Shown: positions 17,013 to 26,100, counted from the stretch's first letter. The stretch is 43,232 nt of DNA from an uncultured Collinsella sp. (GCA_902492855.1 CABUMU010000001.1:1-43232), one strand, 5' to 3'. The notes: a model not told the origin generated them from the sequence alone. Program-made: numbers and translations.

Positions 17013-18656
17013 TCACGCCCTATAAAACACGTTGTCGGCAAAGAAGTCGGCCGGCGGCTCCATGCAGGCGATCTCACCGTCAAACATCATGGCAATGTCA
17101 TCGGCAACCTGCTCGGCAAAATCCAGATCGTGCGTGGCCATAATGACGGTGCCGCCAGCCTTCGCATGGTCACGCAGGGCGCGGGCGATGATGCGGCGGC
17201 TCTCCAGGTCCAAGCCCTTCGTGGGCTCGTCAAGCAGCAGCAGCTCGGGGCCGATCAGCAGCAGCTTTGCCAGTGCAAGCAGCTGGCGCTGTCCGCCCGA
17301 GAGGTCGTAAGGGTGGCGCGTCTCCAGACCGTCCAATCCCAGTTGCGCCGCACGCTCCCGCGCCAAGTTCTCGTCATATCCGCAGGTCGAGGCCCATTCC
17401 ATCAGCTCATCGCGAACCGTCTCGGCAACCAGCAATGCTTTGGGATTCTGAGGCAGCAGCGCCGCCGAGGCCGCTCCGCGCACCACGCGGCCGCGCTGCA
17501 GCTTGGCGGTCTTCGCCAGCACCGAAAGCATTGTCGACTTACCGCAGCCGTTACCGCCCACGATCGCATGCACCGCGCCAGCCGAGAACGCCACGTCGAG
17601 CCCGCGCAGCACCCAACCGCCCGCGCGATCGCAGCGAAACCAGCCTTCCGACAGGGTGGTAGCCGACCCGCCGTGCATTTTTTGGAGTATTCTGCTTCCA
17701 TCCGTGCGCGGGAAAGCTTCCGAGCCGTTTTCGAGCGACGTTTGCGCCACAAATTCTGACGATTTGTCCAATTCTGAACTTTTTTTCGCGCTCGATACGT
17801 CCCCGGGCGGCTCTGGAGAGCCCAAATTGTCCTCACGCCTGCTGAATACTCCTTTATTTGCACATCGGATGGAACCCCACCCCAACATGTCATCGGAAAA
17901 CAGCGATTCTCGGCGTCCCAAAGAAGCCATATCCGCCACCTCGCGCACGCGACCGCCCTCAATCCGGTACGCACGCGTCGCATATTCGAGCATCGGCCGC
18001 GGTTGATGCGTAGCCACAACAACCGTGCAGCCCAGCTCACGGTTCACGCGAAACAACGCGTGCAGAAAATTCTTCTCGGCAACGGGATCGAGCTGAGACG
18101 TGGGCTCGTCGAGTAGCAGCACACGCGGACGCAGCGCCAAGACGGCGGCAAGCGACAGCAACTGCTTGCGGCCACCCGAAAGCGTATCGGTATCGCGATG
18201 AAGCCAGTCCTCCAGACCAAAGAAATAGCTGGTCTCGGCAACACGGCGACGCATCTCATCACGTGCTAGCCCCAAGTTTTCCAGGCCAAACGCCATCTCG
18301 TGCCACACGGTTTCGCACACGATCTGGTTCTCGGGATCCTGGAACACATAGCCCACGCGCTCCGCCGATGCCCGCACATCCATGTCGGCGACGGGCTCGC
18401 CCAGCACGCGCAGCTCGCCGGAGCGCGTACCCGCCGGCGCGATCTCGGGCTTGAGCAGCGACAGCAGCGTCGACTTGCCCGAACCGGTACCGCCAACAAG
18501 CAGTGCAAACGCACCTTGGGAAACACGCCAATCAAGCCCCTCGAGCACCGGTGCCTCGGCCCCGGGATAGGCAAAACTAAGGCCTCGCACCTCAATCGCC
18601 GGCGCGGCCGAGCCATATGCCACACCCGCCGCCGAGCTCCTATCCAACCGAGCCAT
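17013..18656 (-). CDS. ECF transporter tandem (AA) ATPase
   Basis: Two ABC domains (GGTGSGKST, VFQDPENQ, LSGG, LLLDEPT; GGNGCGKST, HPYDLSGGQRQ, LLLDEPTKGLD). Confidence 0.9.
   Translation of the reverse strand: MARLDRSSAAGVAYGSAAPAIEVRGLSFAYPGAEAPVLEGLDWRVSQGAFALLVGGTGSGKSTLLSLLKPEIAPAGTRSGELRVLGEPVADMDVRASAERVGYVFQDPENQIVCETVWHEMAFGLENLGLARDEMRRRVAETSYFFGLEDWLHRDTDTLSGGRKQLLSLAAVLALRPRVLLLDEPTSQLDPVAEKNFLHALFRVNRELGCTVVVATHQPRPMLEYATRAYRIEGGRVREVADMASLGRRESLFSDDMLGWGSIRCANKGVFSRREDNLGSPEPPGDVSSAKKSSELDKSSEFVAQTSLENGSEAFPRTDGSRILQKMHGGSATTLSEGWFRCDRAGGWVLRGLDVAFSAGAVHAIVGGNGCGKSTMLSVLAKTAKLQRGRVVRGAASAALLPQNPKALLVAETVRDELMEWASTCGYDENLARERAAQLGLDGLETRHPYDLSGGQRQLLALAKLLLIGPELLLLDEPTKGLDLESRRIIARALRDHAKAGGTVIMATHDLDFAEQVADDIAMMFDGEIACMEPPADFFADNVFYRA
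17673..17863. mobile_element. MITE-like ~191-bp element with imperfect terminal inverted repeats, in frame inside the ECF ATPase linker
   Basis: GTGCATTTTTTGGAGTATTCTGC (17673-17695) versus the reverse complement of 17841-17863, GTGCAAATAAAGGAGTATTCAGC; AT-richer interior. Confidence 0.55.
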
Positions 18657-19549
18657 CAGCCAAACCTCTTCTCATCAATCGCGTGCGACGCGCAAGGCAG
18701 CATCATCCAGGCAGCGTACACGACATAGCCCAGCCACGGCGCCGGCACCGATAGTTGCGGGTAAAACGAATACTGCATCGTCGCAGTCCACGCCACTGCC
18801 GTCGTGGCCATGCCAAACAGCGCAAGTCCAACCAGCGCGGCAACATCGCCGCGCCCCAGCCGATACCGCGCATACGTCGTTCGACGCGTCGCGGCGCCCC
18901 ACCCACGGGAACGCATGGCGTCCGCGCGCTCCAGCGAATCTTCCATGCCCCAGCCCATCAACACGCTCGACGCCCGCAGGCGCGATCGCACGGGATCGGT
19001 GGGCGCGCGGCCCGGCACATCAATCGCATCCTGCACCGCCAGCACCGTACGACCGCGGCGTAAAAACTGCGGGATAAGCCTCATGCACATCGAGATCATG
19101 AGCGCAATCACCGGTGCGGCATTGCCCAGCAGCGCGAGCACCTTGTCGTATTCGAGCATCGACGCCGCGGCCTCAAACCACAGCACGCTCGCCACAAACA
19201 GCCCGCCCATGCACAGGCCGTATACCATGCTTTCCAGATACACCGCGCGCATGCCAATACGGAACAGCTCCGTCGAGCCCGAGGCGCTAAACAGCGGATT
19301 GACCAGCGCGATAATCAAAATCACCGGCAACTGCCAGCGGAGTGCGCCCAGCGTGCGGGCAGCCCCACGCGTCGCAAATCCATACGCCAGCCCGCCCGCA
19401 AGTGACAGCGCAATCAGCACCGGCTGCATCGAGAACATGGTGAGCCCCAGCGTCAGCACAATATAGAGTGCCGGCACAGCCGGATGCGACATCGAGAACG
19501 CCGCGACGGGCTCGCCGCCAAACTCCTCTTGTATGTTGTCCACGGGCAC
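18656..19549 (-). CDS. ECF transporter T component (EcfT/CbiQ family)
   Basis: Multiple TM segments, MRLIPQF, SLERADAMRSRGWG; start uncertain (GTG 19549 or 19543). Confidence 0.85.
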   Translation of the reverse strand: MPVDNIQEEFGGEPVAAFSMSHPAVPALYIVLTLGLTMFSMQPVLIALSLAGGLAYGFATRGAARTLGALRWQLPVILIIALVNPLFSASGSTELFRIGMRAVYLESMVYGLCMGGLFVASVLWFEAAASMLEYDKVLALLGNAAPVIALMISMCMRLIPQFLRRGRTVLAVQDAIDVPGRAPTDPVRSRLRASSVLMGWGMEDSLERADAMRSRGWGAATRRTTYARYRLGRGDVAALVGLALFGMATTAVAWTATMQYSFYPQLSVPAPWLGYVVYAAWMMLPCASHAIDEKRFG

Positions 19550-19742
19550 CCCCGTCCCCTCGCTCAAACGACGGCTCCGCAGCACCGCCAACGCCGCACG
19601 CAAGCAGCGCAAACGCCACGCCGGCGGCGCAAGCCTCAACCGCCGCAAACCAATCGCTACGCGCTCAACATATGCCTGCGGTATCATATTGCGCCGTGTA
19701 TCGTTTCCAAACACACGTCTCTATAACGTAACAGGAGATCAC

Positions 19743-21155
19743 ATGGACGCAACCGCAATTATCCTCGCTGCCGGCGAGGGCACCCGCATGAAGTCGAACC
19801 ACTGCAAGGTTTCGCACAAGATCCTGGGCAAGCCCATGGTTCAGTGGATCGTCGACGCCACCATCAAGGCCGGCTGCAGCCGCGTCGTGGTCGTCATCGG
19901 CAGCCACGCCGACGAGATGCGCGCCCTCATCGACGGCGCCTACGCCAGCAGCGCCACCAAGGTCGAGTGCGTCGAGCAGACCGAGCGCCTGGGCACCGGT
20001 CACGCCGTGAAGGTCGCGCTCGAGGCCTGCGGCATCACGCAAGGCCCCGTCGTCGTGCTCAACGGCGACCTGCCGCTCATCACCGCCGACACCGTCGCCA
20101 AGTTCGCACAGACCGTCGCTACCGGCGAGCTCGCCTGCACCGTCATGACCATGACCCCGCCCGACCCCTTCGGCTACGGACGTATCAAGCTGGGTGCCGA
20201 CGGCCAGATCGAGCGCATCATCGAGCAGAAGGACTGCACGCCCGAGCAGGCCGCCACGCTTCTGGAGTGCAACGCCGGCTGCTACGCCTTTGACGGCGCG
20301 CAGCTCGCCGCCCACATTAACGAGATCGGCAACGACAACGCGCAGTCCGAGTACTATCTGCCCGACATGCTCGAAATCCTCAAGGGTCACGGCCAGGCGG
20401 TCTCCATCTTCCACTGCGATGACTACCGCGACGGCCTGGGCGTCAACAGCCGCATCCAGCTCGCACAGCTCACCGCCATCGCGCGCGACCGCATCAACGA
20501 GCACTGGATGGCCGAGGGCGTCACGTTCATCGACCCCACGCAGGCCTGGATCGGCCCCGATGCCATTATCGGCCGCGACACCGTCGTGTGGCCGCAGACG
20601 CACCTGATCGGCCACGTCACCGTGGGCGAGGAGTGCCAGCTCGGCCCCAACAGCCGCCTCACCGACACCACCGTCGGCAGCGGCTGCACCATCGATGAGA
20701 CCATCGCCATCGAGGCCGTCATCGAGAACGGCGTCGACTGCGGCCCGCGTGCCTACCTGCGCCCAGGCACTCACATGCTCGACGGCTCCAAGGCCGGCAC
20801 GCACGTGGAGATCAAGAAGTCCACGATCGGCGAGGGCTCCAAGGTGCCGCACCTGTCCTACATCGGCGACACGACCATGGGCTCCGGCGTCAATGTCGGC
20901 GCGGGCTCCATCACCTGCAACTACGACGGCGTCCACAAGCACAAGACCGTCATCGGCAAGGATGCCTTCATCGGTTCCGACACCATGATGGTCGCGCCCG
21001 CCCAGATTGGCGACGGCGCACTCGTGGCCGCCGGCTCCGTCATCACCGAGCCGGTCCCGGCCGACGCACTCGGTCTGGGCCGCGCCCGTCAGGTAAATAT
21101 TGAGGGCTGGGCCGCCGATTATCGCCGCCGTCTGCACGAGGACGACGAGGCATAA
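19743..21155 (+). CDS. glmU: Bifunctional UDP-GlcNAc pyrophosphorylase / GlcN-1-P acetyltransferase
   Basis: ILAAGEGTRMKS, QTERLGTGHAV, GYGRI, EYYLPD, hexapeptide repeats, HLSYIGD, CNYDG; AGGAG RBS. Confidence 0.96.
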   Translation: MDATAIILAAGEGTRMKSNHCKVSHKILGKPMVQWIVDATIKAGCSRVVVVIGSHADEMRALIDGAYASSATKVECVEQTERLGTGHAVKVALEACGITQGPVVVLNGDLPLITADTVAKFAQTVATGELACTVMTMTPPDPFGYGRIKLGADGQIERIIEQKDCTPEQAATLLECNAGCYAFDGAQLAAHINEIGNDNAQSEYYLPDMLEILKGHGQAVSIFHCDDYRDGLGVNSRIQLAQLTAIARDRINEHWMAEGVTFIDPTQAWIGPDAIIGRDTVVWPQTHLIGHVTVGEECQLGPNSRLTDTTVGSGCTIDETIAIEAVIENGVDCGPRAYLRPGTHMLDGSKAGTHVEIKKSTIGEGSKVPHLSYIGDTTMGSGVNVGAGSITCNYDGVHKHKTVIGKDAFIGSDTMMVAPAQIGDGALVAAGSVITEPVPADALGLGRARQVNIEGWAADYRRRLHEDDEA

Positions 21156-21170
21156 CGTTTCGCCAAGCAC

Positions 21171-21204
21171 AAAAGGAGCCGTTCCCTGGGGACGGCTCCT
21201 TTTT
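21171..21204 (+). terminator. Rho-independent terminator after glmU
   Basis: AAAAGGAGCCGTTCC-CTG-GGGACGGCTCCTTTTT. Confidence 0.8.
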
Positions 21205-21347
21205 CTATCGTGACCTGCGCGGCCGGATGAGTGGTCGGTTCGTGTCCGTTGACGGTAAAGACGTTATCAAGACCCGATTAACCCCGCCGCACGGTTACAA
21301 TGCAAAAAGGCATCTATATGGCATTCGATGTATAAAGGAGAAGGGTA

Positions 21348-22334
21348 ATGCCGATTAATGATCCCGAGAAGTCGGAGAATATGCGCAAGTCCATCCGCGT
21401 GTATTCCGGTTCCTCCAACCGTCCCCTCGCTCAGAAGATTGCTGAGTACCTTGGGGTCGAGCTTTCGGGCCTTACGCTAAAGCAGTTCGCCAACGGTGAG
21501 ATTTACGCCCGCTACGACGAGACCGTCCGCGGCGCCGACGTCTTCCTGATTCAGTCCGTGGCCGGCGGCAACGTCAACGACATGCTCATGGAGCTGCTCA
21601 TCGCCACCGACGCTGCCAAGCGCGCATCCGCCCGCTCCATCACTGCCGTTATCACCCACTACGGCTATGCCCGCCAGGACCGCAAGGCCGGCCCGCGTGA
21701 GCCCATCACCGCCCGCCTCGTCGCCAACCTGCTCGAGCGCGCTGGCGTCAACCGCATCATCACCCTCGACCTGCACCAGGGCCAGATTCAGGGCTTCTTC
21801 GATATCCCGGTTAACCACCTGTCCGCGCTGCCGCTGTTTGGCCAGTACTACAACGACATGCACTTCGACACCGACAACCTGGTTGTCGTCTCCCCCGATG
21901 TGGGCCGCGCCAAGGCCGCCAAGAAGCTGTCCGACATGCTCGGCTGCGACCTGGCCATCGCCCACAAGGGCCGTCCGCGCCACAACGCCGCCGAGGTCAT
22001 GGGCATCATCGGTGACATCAAGGGCAAGACCTGCATCATCAACGACGACATGATCGACACCGCTGGCACCCTGTGCGCCAACGTCAAGGAGCTCAAGGCT
22101 ATGGGCGCTGGCGACATCTACGTCTGCGCCACCCACGGCATCTTCTCCGGTCCGGCCATCGAGCGTCTGAACGACGCCCCGATCGTCGAGTGCCTCGTCA
22201 CCGACGCCATTCCCGTCGAGGTCGGCGGCAAGATCAAGACCATCTCGGTCGCCGAGGAGTTCGCTCAGGCCATCTCCGCCGTTTACCACGAGGAGCCCGT
22301 CTCCACGCTCGTCGGCGGCGACTTCGCGCTGTAA
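21348..22334 (+). CDS. prs: Ribose-phosphate pyrophosphokinase
   Basis: FANGE, YGYARQDRK, DLHQGQIQGFFD, VVSPDVG, DDMIDTAGT, ATHG. Confidence 0.96.
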   Translation: MPINDPEKSENMRKSIRVYSGSSNRPLAQKIAEYLGVELSGLTLKQFANGEIYARYDETVRGADVFLIQSVAGGNVNDMLMELLIATDAAKRASARSITAVITHYGYARQDRKAGPREPITARLVANLLERAGVNRIITLDLHQGQIQGFFDIPVNHLSALPLFGQYYNDMHFDTDNLVVVSPDVGRAKAAKKLSDMLGCDLAIAHKGRPRHNAAEVMGIIGDIKGKTCIINDDMIDTAGTLCANVKELKAMGAGDIYVCATHGIFSGPAIERLNDAPIVECLVTDAIPVEVGGKIKTISVAEEFAQAISAVYHEEPVSTLVGGDFAL

Positions 22335-22367
22335 TCCAGCGTGCATCTCATCATCTTTGGTGTTTTT

Positions 22368-22399
22368 AAAGGGTCGGAAGCTCGCTTCCGCCCCTTTTT
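22368..22399 (+). terminator. Rho-independent terminator after prs
   Basis: AAAGGGTCGGAAG-CTCG-CTTCCGCCCCTTTTT. Confidence 0.75.
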
Positions 22400-22419
22400 C
22401 TACCCCTCGACAACCTTCC

Positions 22420-22615
22420 CTGGACAATTAGTTCAGATACGTATTTTTTTTAAAGCTCCAAAGGCCGTTCTGAGCTCCCCGGCGAACGCCATACTGCCCA
22501 AAGCTCATCGCTTTCGAGTACGACCGCCGCATATTTACCCTCAAATCGCCCTCGAAAGCCCTTAGAAACGCCTCGAACGCCCGCCGTCTTATACGTATCT
22601 GAACTAACTGTCCAG
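22420..22615. repeat. 196-bp element with terminal inverted repeats (left flank of the nuclease gene)
   Basis: TGGACAATTAGTTCAGATACGTAT (22421-22444) / ATACGTATCTGAACTAACTGTCCA (22591-22614), 23/24 complementary. Confidence 0.92.
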
Positions 22616-22777
22616 TAGCTATCGTCAACCTTCGCGGCAGAGCTCAATTTCCTGCAATCCCCTCAACCGATTCCACCGATTTCATAACACCCAGCCGTTC
22701 ATGGCGCGCAGCGCCCCGCTGAGCGAAAAGAACGGTATGGCGGTCGCATTCTGCCGCCAACTTAGTACGTTATAGCT

Positions 22778-23905
22778 ATGACGACCGTGATTTCACATCT
22801 CTCCGCCCTCCGCGCAATTCGTCGCGCACGACGGGCGTACTCTGCCCTACCCTGGGACTCCGTTGATAGCGAACAGCAAGCACAGGCCTTGGCTGGCTGC
22901 ATTCCCAACAATGACGCGATAGACTTTGGCGCACTTTCGATACTCGACGCCTGGAATGAAGATGATTCCGAACTGCTCGATCTTCTCGTTTCAAACGAAG
23001 ACAACAGGCGCCCCGACAAGCGACTTCTTCAGCATATTCTCTCCGCTCCGCTTCCTGAAGGTGCAATTATGCACGTCGAGGCCGACATCTACGCTACGTC
23101 TCCTGCCATGACAGCCATGCTTTGTTCCAAGAATGAATCAGTCGCCAAAACCTTGATGCTACTCATGGAACTGCTCGGAACCTACTCCCTTCCTCCCGGG
23201 GCAACATACCCCATTGCCCATGACGACATCTGGCCCAAGGGCGATGGCTGCGCAGCGACGGGCGATCTCGATTGCTTGGGCAACCAGTCGGTGGTCGAGC
23301 AACAGAACGAAACCCGCTACGAACAGGCACACTACAAATGCGAGCCCGCCACGACCATCGAAGAGCTCGAGACTGTTGCACAGCTTGCCAAAAGCAGCTC
23401 ATACACCTCATTTCGCACGGCAGTCAAGCTCGCCCGACCCGGATCTGCATCCCCAGCCGAATCCCTAATGTTTGCCGTTCTCGGAGCGCCCATGCGCTTT
23501 GGCGGATTCGGATGTTGCAGCCTGCCCATGGGAGGCCTGCTACTCAACTATCGAATCGACTTCGACACCCTTGCGGTCAACATGTCCTCGGGCATCCCCT
23601 ATGCCATCTGTGACCTATATTGCCCGGCAGCCGGAGTCGACAACGAATACAACGGAATTGGGCACGAGCTTCAAAACGCTCGCATCCACGATGGCAATCG
23701 AAATAATGGCCTCAAGGCAATGGGCATCCACGTCCTGGTTATCAATCGCGACCAAATGAAAGACCTTGTTGCACTCGAAGCCTTCGCCCAAACGATGCAT
23801 CGACTCGCGGGAGTCCGATTCCGATACCGTATCAAGGGCTATCGCAAGCGTCAGGCCGCTTGGCTCAACGCCCTGCGGGCCGGAATCAGCCTTGCGCCGG
23901 TCTAA
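22778..23905 (+). CDS. AbiEi-like N-terminal domain plus DUF559/Vsr-like endonuclease domain protein
   Basis: N-terminal VISHLSAL and TSPAMT; C-terminal SASPAES...CDLY...EYNG..H...DGNRNNGLKAMGIHVLVI matches the Vsr/DUF559 pattern E...D...E-x-(D/N)-G-x-x-H...D-x-x-R...G-x-x-V; codon usage unlike its neighbours. Confidence 0.65.
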   Translation: MTTVISHLSALRAIRRARRAYSALPWDSVDSEQQAQALAGCIPNNDAIDFGALSILDAWNEDDSELLDLLVSNEDNRRPDKRLLQHILSAPLPEGAIMHVEADIYATSPAMTAMLCSKNESVAKTLMLLMELLGTYSLPPGATYPIAHDDIWPKGDGCAATGDLDCLGNQSVVEQQNETRYEQAHYKCEPATTIEELETVAQLAKSSSYTSFRTAVKLARPGSASPAESLMFAVLGAPMRFGGFGCCSLPMGGLLLNYRIDFDTLAVNMSSGIPYAICDLYCPAAGVDNEYNGIGHELQNARIHDGNRNNGLKAMGIHVLVINRDQMKDLVALEAFAQTMHRLAGVRFRYRIKGYRKRQAAWLNALRAGISLAPV

Positions 23906-23938
23906 ACGGCGAATCACCCGCGCGCCGCCGAACAGGAC

Positions 23939-24142
23939 TGGACAGTTAGTTCAAATACGTATAAATGGACACATTGAATTAGGCTGTTTTGCGGCTATCT
24001 CTATACCATTCGCCCTATTTGAAGGCAGGGCAGACTTCAAAACAGCGCCATATGGACTAACTAAAGCTCCAAAACAACGTATCGGCATTGAATTGAGCAC
24101 TTCGAGTCCTCAGAACTTATACGTATCCGAACTAACTGTCCA
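23939..24142. repeat. 204-bp element with the same terminal inverted repeats (right flank of the nuclease gene)
   Basis: TGGACAGTTAGTTCAAATACGTATAA (23939-23964) / TTATACGTATCCGAACTAACTGTCCA (24117-24142), 24/26 complementary. Confidence 0.92.
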
Positions 24143-24256
24143 CCTCTGATTTCGACGGCCGTCCAAACGCCCCTAAACGCCCTCAATTACCCTCCATTTG
24201 ACAGCGGCAACAGGGTCGCTCACCATAGCAGGCGACAAATCGACGAAAGGAAGCAC

Positions 24257-24886
24257 ATGGCAGCTGCACAGCCGCTTAAGATTCGCATGGTTGCCGGGCT
24301 TGGCAACCCTGGCGAGGAATATGCCGAGACCCGCCACAACGCCGGCTTTAAGGCAATCGACGAGCTGGCCCGTCAGGCCGGCGTCACGTACTGGAAAAAC
24401 CAAGCAGGCGCCGAGGTCGCGCTCATCAATATCAACGATGCTGAGGAAGAGGGTGGCAAGCGCCAGATTGTGCTGGTCAAGCCGCAGTCGTACATGAATA
24501 CCTCGGGCGGCCCCATCTCCAAGCTCTGTCGCGAGTACAAGATCAAGGCCGAGGAGCTGCTCGTAATCCACGACGAGCTCGATATTCCCGCCGGCGACGT
24601 GCGTGTTAAGGTGGGCGGCGGCCATGCCGGTCACAACGGCCTGCGTTCCATCATCGACAAGATGGGCAGCCGCGACTTCAGCCGCATCCGCACCGGCATC
24701 GGCAACCCTCCCGGCAAGATGGCCGTCGCCGACTACGTTCTTAAGCAGCTGCGCGCCCGCGAGGCCGAGGATTTCCAGGACACCTGCGCCCGCGCGGCCG
24801 ACGCCGCCGGCCTGGCGATCGTGCACGGCGTGGTCTATGCCCGCGACCATGTCAACGGCGCCGCCTCCGCCAACGGCAAGCACTAA
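24257..24886 (+). CDS. pth: Peptidyl-tRNA hydrolase
   Basis: GLGNPGEEYAETRHNAGF, KPQSYMNTSG, HDELD, GGHAGHNGLRSI, RIRTGIG. Confidence 0.96.
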   Translation: MAAAQPLKIRMVAGLGNPGEEYAETRHNAGFKAIDELARQAGVTYWKNQAGAEVALININDAEEEGGKRQIVLVKPQSYMNTSGGPISKLCREYKIKAEELLVIHDELDIPAGDVRVKVGGGHAGHNGLRSIIDKMGSRDFSRIRTGIGNPPGKMAVADYVLKQLRAREAEDFQDTCARAADAAGLAIVHGVVYARDHVNGAASANGKH

Positions 24887-24899
24887 AACCTATCATTTA

Positions 24900-25075
24900 G
24901 GAACAGGTTTATTTTGGCAGGTTTTACCTGCGGAAACGCCCCAGTTGCGGCATCGCAATCAACCGCGCGCCGACATACATGCATAGCACCCCAAAGGGGG
25001 CCGGCCTCATCACAACCCGAGGCCGGCCCCATTTGCCGTTTTACCTGATAAAACCGACCAAAATAAACCTCTCCC
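24900..25075. repeat. 176-bp inverted-repeat-bounded element enclosing a terminator-like hairpin
   Basis: GGAACAGGTTTATTTTGGCAGGTTTTA (24900-24926) versus the reverse complement of 25049-25075, GGGAGAGGTTTATTTTGGTCGGTTTTA (23/27). Confidence 0.75.
24997..25034 (+). terminator. Probable terminator after pth
   Basis: 12-bp stem GGGGCCGGCCTC/GAGGCCGGCCCC followed by ATTT. Confidence 0.55.
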
Positions 25076-25260
25076 CCTTTGGTAGGCCAAAGTGGATAAA
25101 CCCTGCTCCCAACCGCCGAAGACACACGTAAGTGACATGTCCATGAGGGTATAATTTGCACCGTATGTCTGCACAACGCCTGTGCACGTACGGTTTTATT
25201 CGGGCTACCGTCCATTTCCGTGGAGGCACGGTTCGGCGGCCCTAACAAGAGAGGGGTTCT

Positions 25261-26100
25261 ATGTATAAGATCCTGGAGAAGACGCAGTTCTCGGAGAAGG
25301 TGTTCAAGTTCCGCATCGAGGCGCCCGCAATCGCCAAGCATGCGCACGCTGGACAGTTCCTCATGGTTCGCGCCAACGAGACGGGCGAGCGCGTCCCGTT
25401 TACCCTGGCCGGCTGGAACGGTGACGAGGGCTGGGTCGAGTTCATCTTCATGGTGATCGGCAAGACCACCGAAATGCTTTCCACCTACGAGGCCGGCGAG
25501 TCGCTGCGCGACGTCGTGGGCCCGCTGGGAGTTCCCACCGAGATGGCCGAGGGCCCCTGCGCCGTCATTGGCGGCGGCGTCGGCCTGGCAATTGCCTTCC
25601 CGGTCGCCAAGCACCTGGTCGAGACCGGTCACGAGGTGCACGCCATCATGGGCGCCCGCACCAAGGACCTCCTGCTCATGGAGGACCAGTTCCGCGAGCT
25701 CCTCGACGAGGACCACATCCATATCACCACCGATGACGGCTCCTACGGCGAGCAGGGCGTTGTCACCGCTCCGCTGGAGCGCCTGCTGCAGGACAAGGCC
25801 GTGAGCCAGGTCTTCTGCGTCGGCCCCGTTCCGATGATGAAGTTCTCGACCCTCACCGCCCAGAAATACGACACCCCCATCACCGCGTCCCTCAACCCCA
25901 TCATGGTTGACGGCACCGGTATGTGCGGCTGCTGCCGCGTCGAGGTGGGCGGCGTGACCAAGTTCGCTTGCGTCGACGGCCCCGACTTCGATGCCACCCT
26001 GGTCGACTGGGACGACCTTCGTGCCCGCCAGGCCGCTTACCGTTCCGAAGAGGGCGAGTCCCTCAAGGCCTATGAGGAAAAGAGCTGCGCATGCCACTAG
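25261..26100 (+). CDS. nfnA: NADH-dependent reduced ferredoxin:NADP+ oxidoreductase small subunit (NfnA/SudB-like)
   Basis: AGQFLMVR...GERVPFT, GPLG, GGGVG, VGPVPMMK and [2Fe-2S] motif MVDGTGMCGCCRV...CVDGPDFD. Confidence 0.85.
   Translation: MYKILEKTQFSEKVFKFRIEAPAIAKHAHAGQFLMVRANETGERVPFTLAGWNGDEGWVEFIFMVIGKTTEMLSTYEAGESLRDVVGPLGVPTEMAEGPCAVIGGGVGLAIAFPVAKHLVETGHEVHAIMGARTKDLLLMEDQFRELLDEDHIHITTDDGSYGEQGVVTAPLERLLQDKAVSQVFCVGPVPMMKFSTLTAQKYDTPITASLNPIMVDGTGMCGCCRVEVGGVTKFACVDGPDFDATLVDWDDLRARQAAYRSEEGESLKAYEEKSCACH

Noticed and set aside
22778..23905. Complete type IV AbiE toxin-antitoxin system or conventional transposon
   Set aside because: No AbiEii nucleotidyltransferase neighbour, no transposase catalytic motif and no target-site duplication detected
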